Positions 60,701 through 64,000 of a stretch of 64,000 nt of DNA are shown here, in pieces. The notes under the pieces were generated by a model. It was not told the origin of the DNA and did no database searches. It was given only the letters and a program-made list of their open reading frames with translations. The stretch covers positions 186,001-250,000 of the forward strand of contig JAYWIR010000052.1 in the NCBI GenBank assembly GCA_036172245.1, read 5' to 3'. This DNA comes from Raillietiella orientalis (lineage: Eukaryota). Each line of letters begins with the position of its first letter. Positions within the stretch are counted from its first letter, which is position 1. The position numbers were made by a program, and so were the translations under genes.

Positions 60701-62752
60701 GAGGCCCAGGCGAGCACCATTTTTTCACTCCTCTTTTACGAACGCCACTATCCGCGACCTCTGACCTGTGTGCGTCCTGCAAGCTCTGCAGGATCCCTGC
60801 AGGCAGCCGTCGTGCAGGTATTTGGCTGTTTGCAGCACGATGTTGACGCACGGTGAAGTGTGCACTTCTTCTCCGTCGGTCTTTTGCTTACAATCCACGT
60901 TTTGGTGACCCGTGGACCTTGGGATTTCATGACGAGTGAGCACATGATGAGAGTACCCTGCACGCGGGCGTACTTCAGATGACCCCTGCTCCATTTCTGT
61001 AAAGCTTGATGGATGCCGTCTCGGATGCTTCCCTGGGTGCGCGCTGTGTTTCCTGGACCATTGGAAGCAGCGATGCATTCGTTGCTTCAAGCAGGGACGG
61101 AAATGCAGCGGGCGTCTCCGGGCGTACTTCAGGTGATCCCTACTGGAGTGTCTTCTGGCTACTCTACGAAGGACTTCCAATGGCTGCCTGCTCTGAGTAG
61201 CACCAGATAAAAAAAATAAAAATCCCTCTTTCCAGTTTCATTCTAAAACGAATTTCTAGTACTCTTTAGACTACTGGAGTCATTTTGTGTGTGTGTGTGT
61301 GTTTTGACTTGAGAGTAGCTCTTGTTCTTATGACGCGGAATATCCTCCCAATTTGCAGGGTCTTTGGAAGAAACGCAATCGATTGCCTCTGAGAATTTAC
61401 GAAGCAGCGGGATGTAGGGCAGGAAGGAAGCCTTCTTCAGGAAGGCCAGGAAGGCCTTCCTGAGGGAGGAGTTCCGCGTCCGGCTCTCGGGGGGTTGCCG
61501 GTTTGCAAGTCTCCCGCGCTGCTCACCAGATCTGCGGCCGGATGACTTTCGAGGAATTCCAGAAAGATCCGGAATGCCGCGGAACCTACACCGTGGGATT
61601 AGATTCGACCTCTGAGGCATCCTTCCTCGCTACTGGTAGCCCACCGGTGGATCTCCTGCCTGCTCCACGAACCGAAATGTCTGGAGGATGGAAGCTCTGG
61701 AGGCCCGGGTTGCCGCTTTGGAAGTGCCTACCTGGAGAAACTGCGACCGCTTCAGTGCCCCCCTACGCTGGGAGATCCCCTGCAGCGCCCGCTGTCTGGC
61801 TGAGCACCGAGCCGGAACCTATCGACAAGCCTGGCAGTCCGGGCCGGCCAGTTTATTGGACGACCAGGGCCGGGAGAACCCGGTTTCGGGTACGACAAGG
61901 AGCCTCGTGCGGGGATTTCACTCTTCCCTTCGCGCCAGAGCACCTGCGGAGCGGGACGTCTTGCGGGACGTCTTTGCTAACGGATGGTGACCCTAGCGGT
62001 GCGGATCTTCTTCCTGCGGGCACAGCGCCGGTGTGTTCCTCTGACGCGGTGCCTTGCCCTGACATGCGTTCCCTGCAGTTTCCCTCGGTCGGTCCTTCCT
62101 CATCCTTCCAGATGGAACCTCCAGCGCTCAGAGGCCGTGTTCCCTCAGGACACGTGGCGACGTCACGGGCACCTGCCTTCATCTGTTGCCACGACCGCTG
62201 GAAGTGGTGATGTAGGCGAACTGGTCGACTCTGGCCGCCACACCGCTCGCTGTAGCGCTGTCTACCTTCAGGGCAAGCGACGGCAGCCGCCGACCGGCGA
62301 GGTGGGAGTTTTCGTCCTGAGCCATCGCGGGAAGGACGAAACTCCTTGGAGGTCGGAGGACGCGCGCGAGCTGGCGGATGCTGCCACTCCGCATGCCCTA
62401 GAGACGAGGATTCCACTTCTCAGTGCTGCCCCCTGAAGAACTTGCGGCCCTTCCTCCCCCTCCCAGTGCCTGGGCACTTCTGCGTTCCCTCTGCCCTGGA
62501 AACAGGCCCTGCTGCTCTTCTTCCACGGGAGATTCCAGTGCAACGAGCGCCTGCAACCTCGCTTCCGCAGGGGGTGCATCCCCGAACTGCCGTTCCTGGT
62601 GCAGGTCGGTAGGGTCGTCGCCGCACCTGCTTTGGGACAGCGGTGCCCTCCGGGAACCGTGGTGGAGGAGGCTGGGCAGCAGCACTCCTGCGCCAGGAAG
62701 ACACCGCCCGCGACCTGCTGCGGCGGTTCTTCGCGCCGGGAGGACTCTCGAC
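60021..62752. repeat. 573-bp near-perfect inverted repeat: arms 60021-60593 and 62180-62752
   Basis: Arms are reverse complements (coordinate sum 122773); identical 103-aa and 88-aa ORFs appear on opposite strands in the ORF track. Confidence 0.95.
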
Positions 62753-63022
62753 GGGCGCGGCGATCGGTGTATACGGAGCGAACTCAAAGAACCCCCCTGA
62801 CCTGTTCCCCCAGAATTCCTCATGTTTTCTTTTTCTTTTTGTACTCTCTCCCCGCTCCCCCTTCCCTTTCCCTTTCCGGAATTCTGCATATCCCGACCTG
62901 CGTGTCGGTGGACCCTCCCCCCTGAACCTCCTCCTTTCTTTTCGGTTGCGAACCAGCGTTCCTCACCCAACTGGTTTCTTTTTATAAGATGAACGTCCTC
63001 GGGTTGTGACCGGGTGGAAAAA
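61650..63022 (+). mobile_element. LINE ORF2 C-terminal region and 3' end
   Basis: VPTWRNCDRFSAPLRWEIPCSARC (compare family WQESALLLLHWGIPCNARC); includes the right arm of the inverted repeat; 3' motif ATAAGATGAACGTCCTCGGGTTGTGACCGGGTGGAAAAAA. Confidence 0.7.
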
Positions 63023-64000
63023 AGCACAAACAAACCTCGATGCGGAGTTTATCGGGTTGGAATTTTTTGGTGGTGTACATCATCGAGAGTGTCACCACCG
63101 ACTCTCCTCCTTTCATTCTGGAACTCTGGAATGTGCTTGCACGACGCACGTCTTGCCGAACTCTCTACTTTCCATGCTGAGTGCATTTTTTTTTTTTTTC
63201 CGTGTGTGCGCAAGAACTGATTTGTTTGGAAACAACTCAGTTCTTGCGTGATTGCAATTCTATGCTGCTAGTAGATGGCATGCTGCACCCCCGATTGGGC
63301 AAGAAATACAAGAAAAAAAAAAAAAGAAAGAAAGAAAGAAGACAAAGGAACAAACGTTCCACGGCTTTTTCTTTTTTTTTTTTCCTTCGTTTCCGCTGCA
63401 CGTTTCTAATGGAATCGTCTCCCCCCTCCCCCCCAATCCTCCTGGAGTAGAGAGAGTAGAAATGTTCTCTCTCCCCCCAGAAAAACAATTCCGCGAATTC
63501 GCCCGGTCTGGACGACTTCTCGGGGGCTCGAACGACGGATCGCCGTGATCTTCCGCAGCCTCCCTCCCTCCCTCCTCTTTTCTCGCGCGGTCCACTGCCA
63601 GGCAAACAGAATCACCTCGGCGCGCGCACGGAAAACAAGGAGGAGGTTCCCGGATGGATGGAGAACCGCACGGCACGAGATTCGAAAGTCTGTTTCAAGT
63701 GGTGGGACCATTCGCTGATTGCTTTCCTTGCGGATCTTTACGATCATCAGGTGTCCTTGGCAGCCCAACTCCCACATTCCTCCGTAACGAGCGCTGCACA
63801 TTGTCTGCGAGGCACGGGCGGTGTTCTTTGGTGCTCGGCCCGATCTCCGGGACCAACGAAATGCTTTACTGCGGGTGAACGGATGTATCTAATTATAGAA
63901 GAATAGTTCGGCAGTGAAACTAGACGAACCGGAGATGCAATCCGACTTCCAAAACAAGAGAACGCGCGCGCGAGCGCACAATTTCCTTTTTTCTTCTCCT

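Overview
This is eukaryotic (invertebrate animal) genomic DNA; the 40-55 bp GT-AG introns suggest a compact, nematode-like genome, but the species cannot be fixed from the window. Bases 1-2825 hold the 3' part of a spliced DBS/MCF2L-type RhoGEF gene (spectrin repeat-DH-PH). It is followed by a decayed C2H2 zinc-finger relic and a possible small spliced orphan gene. From about 7.5 to 49 kb, and again at 59-63 kb, the DNA is very GC/CpG-rich and made of stacked, mostly decayed copies of one L1/Tx1-like non-LTR retrotransposon family (APE endonuclease-RT-zinc finger), in both orientations. RTE-type LINE relics dominate 5.8-6.3 kb and 52-61 kb. Also present are a Tigger/pogo-type MITE, two copies of a tRNA-headed SINE-like element and a 31-nt U2 snRNA retrocopy with a 13-bp target-site duplication. 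The most striking signals are (i) near-identical patches embedded in otherwise diverged LINE paralogs (gene-conversion-like), (ii) a 2-kb fold-back palindrome whose junction is explained by visible microhomologies, and (iii) a conserved 3'-terminal hairpin-A(4-5)-CC signature of the LINE family. No prokaryotic features or CRISPR arrays were seen. Nearly all long ORFs in the GC-rich zone look spurious. All family assignments are by motif recognition, not database search.
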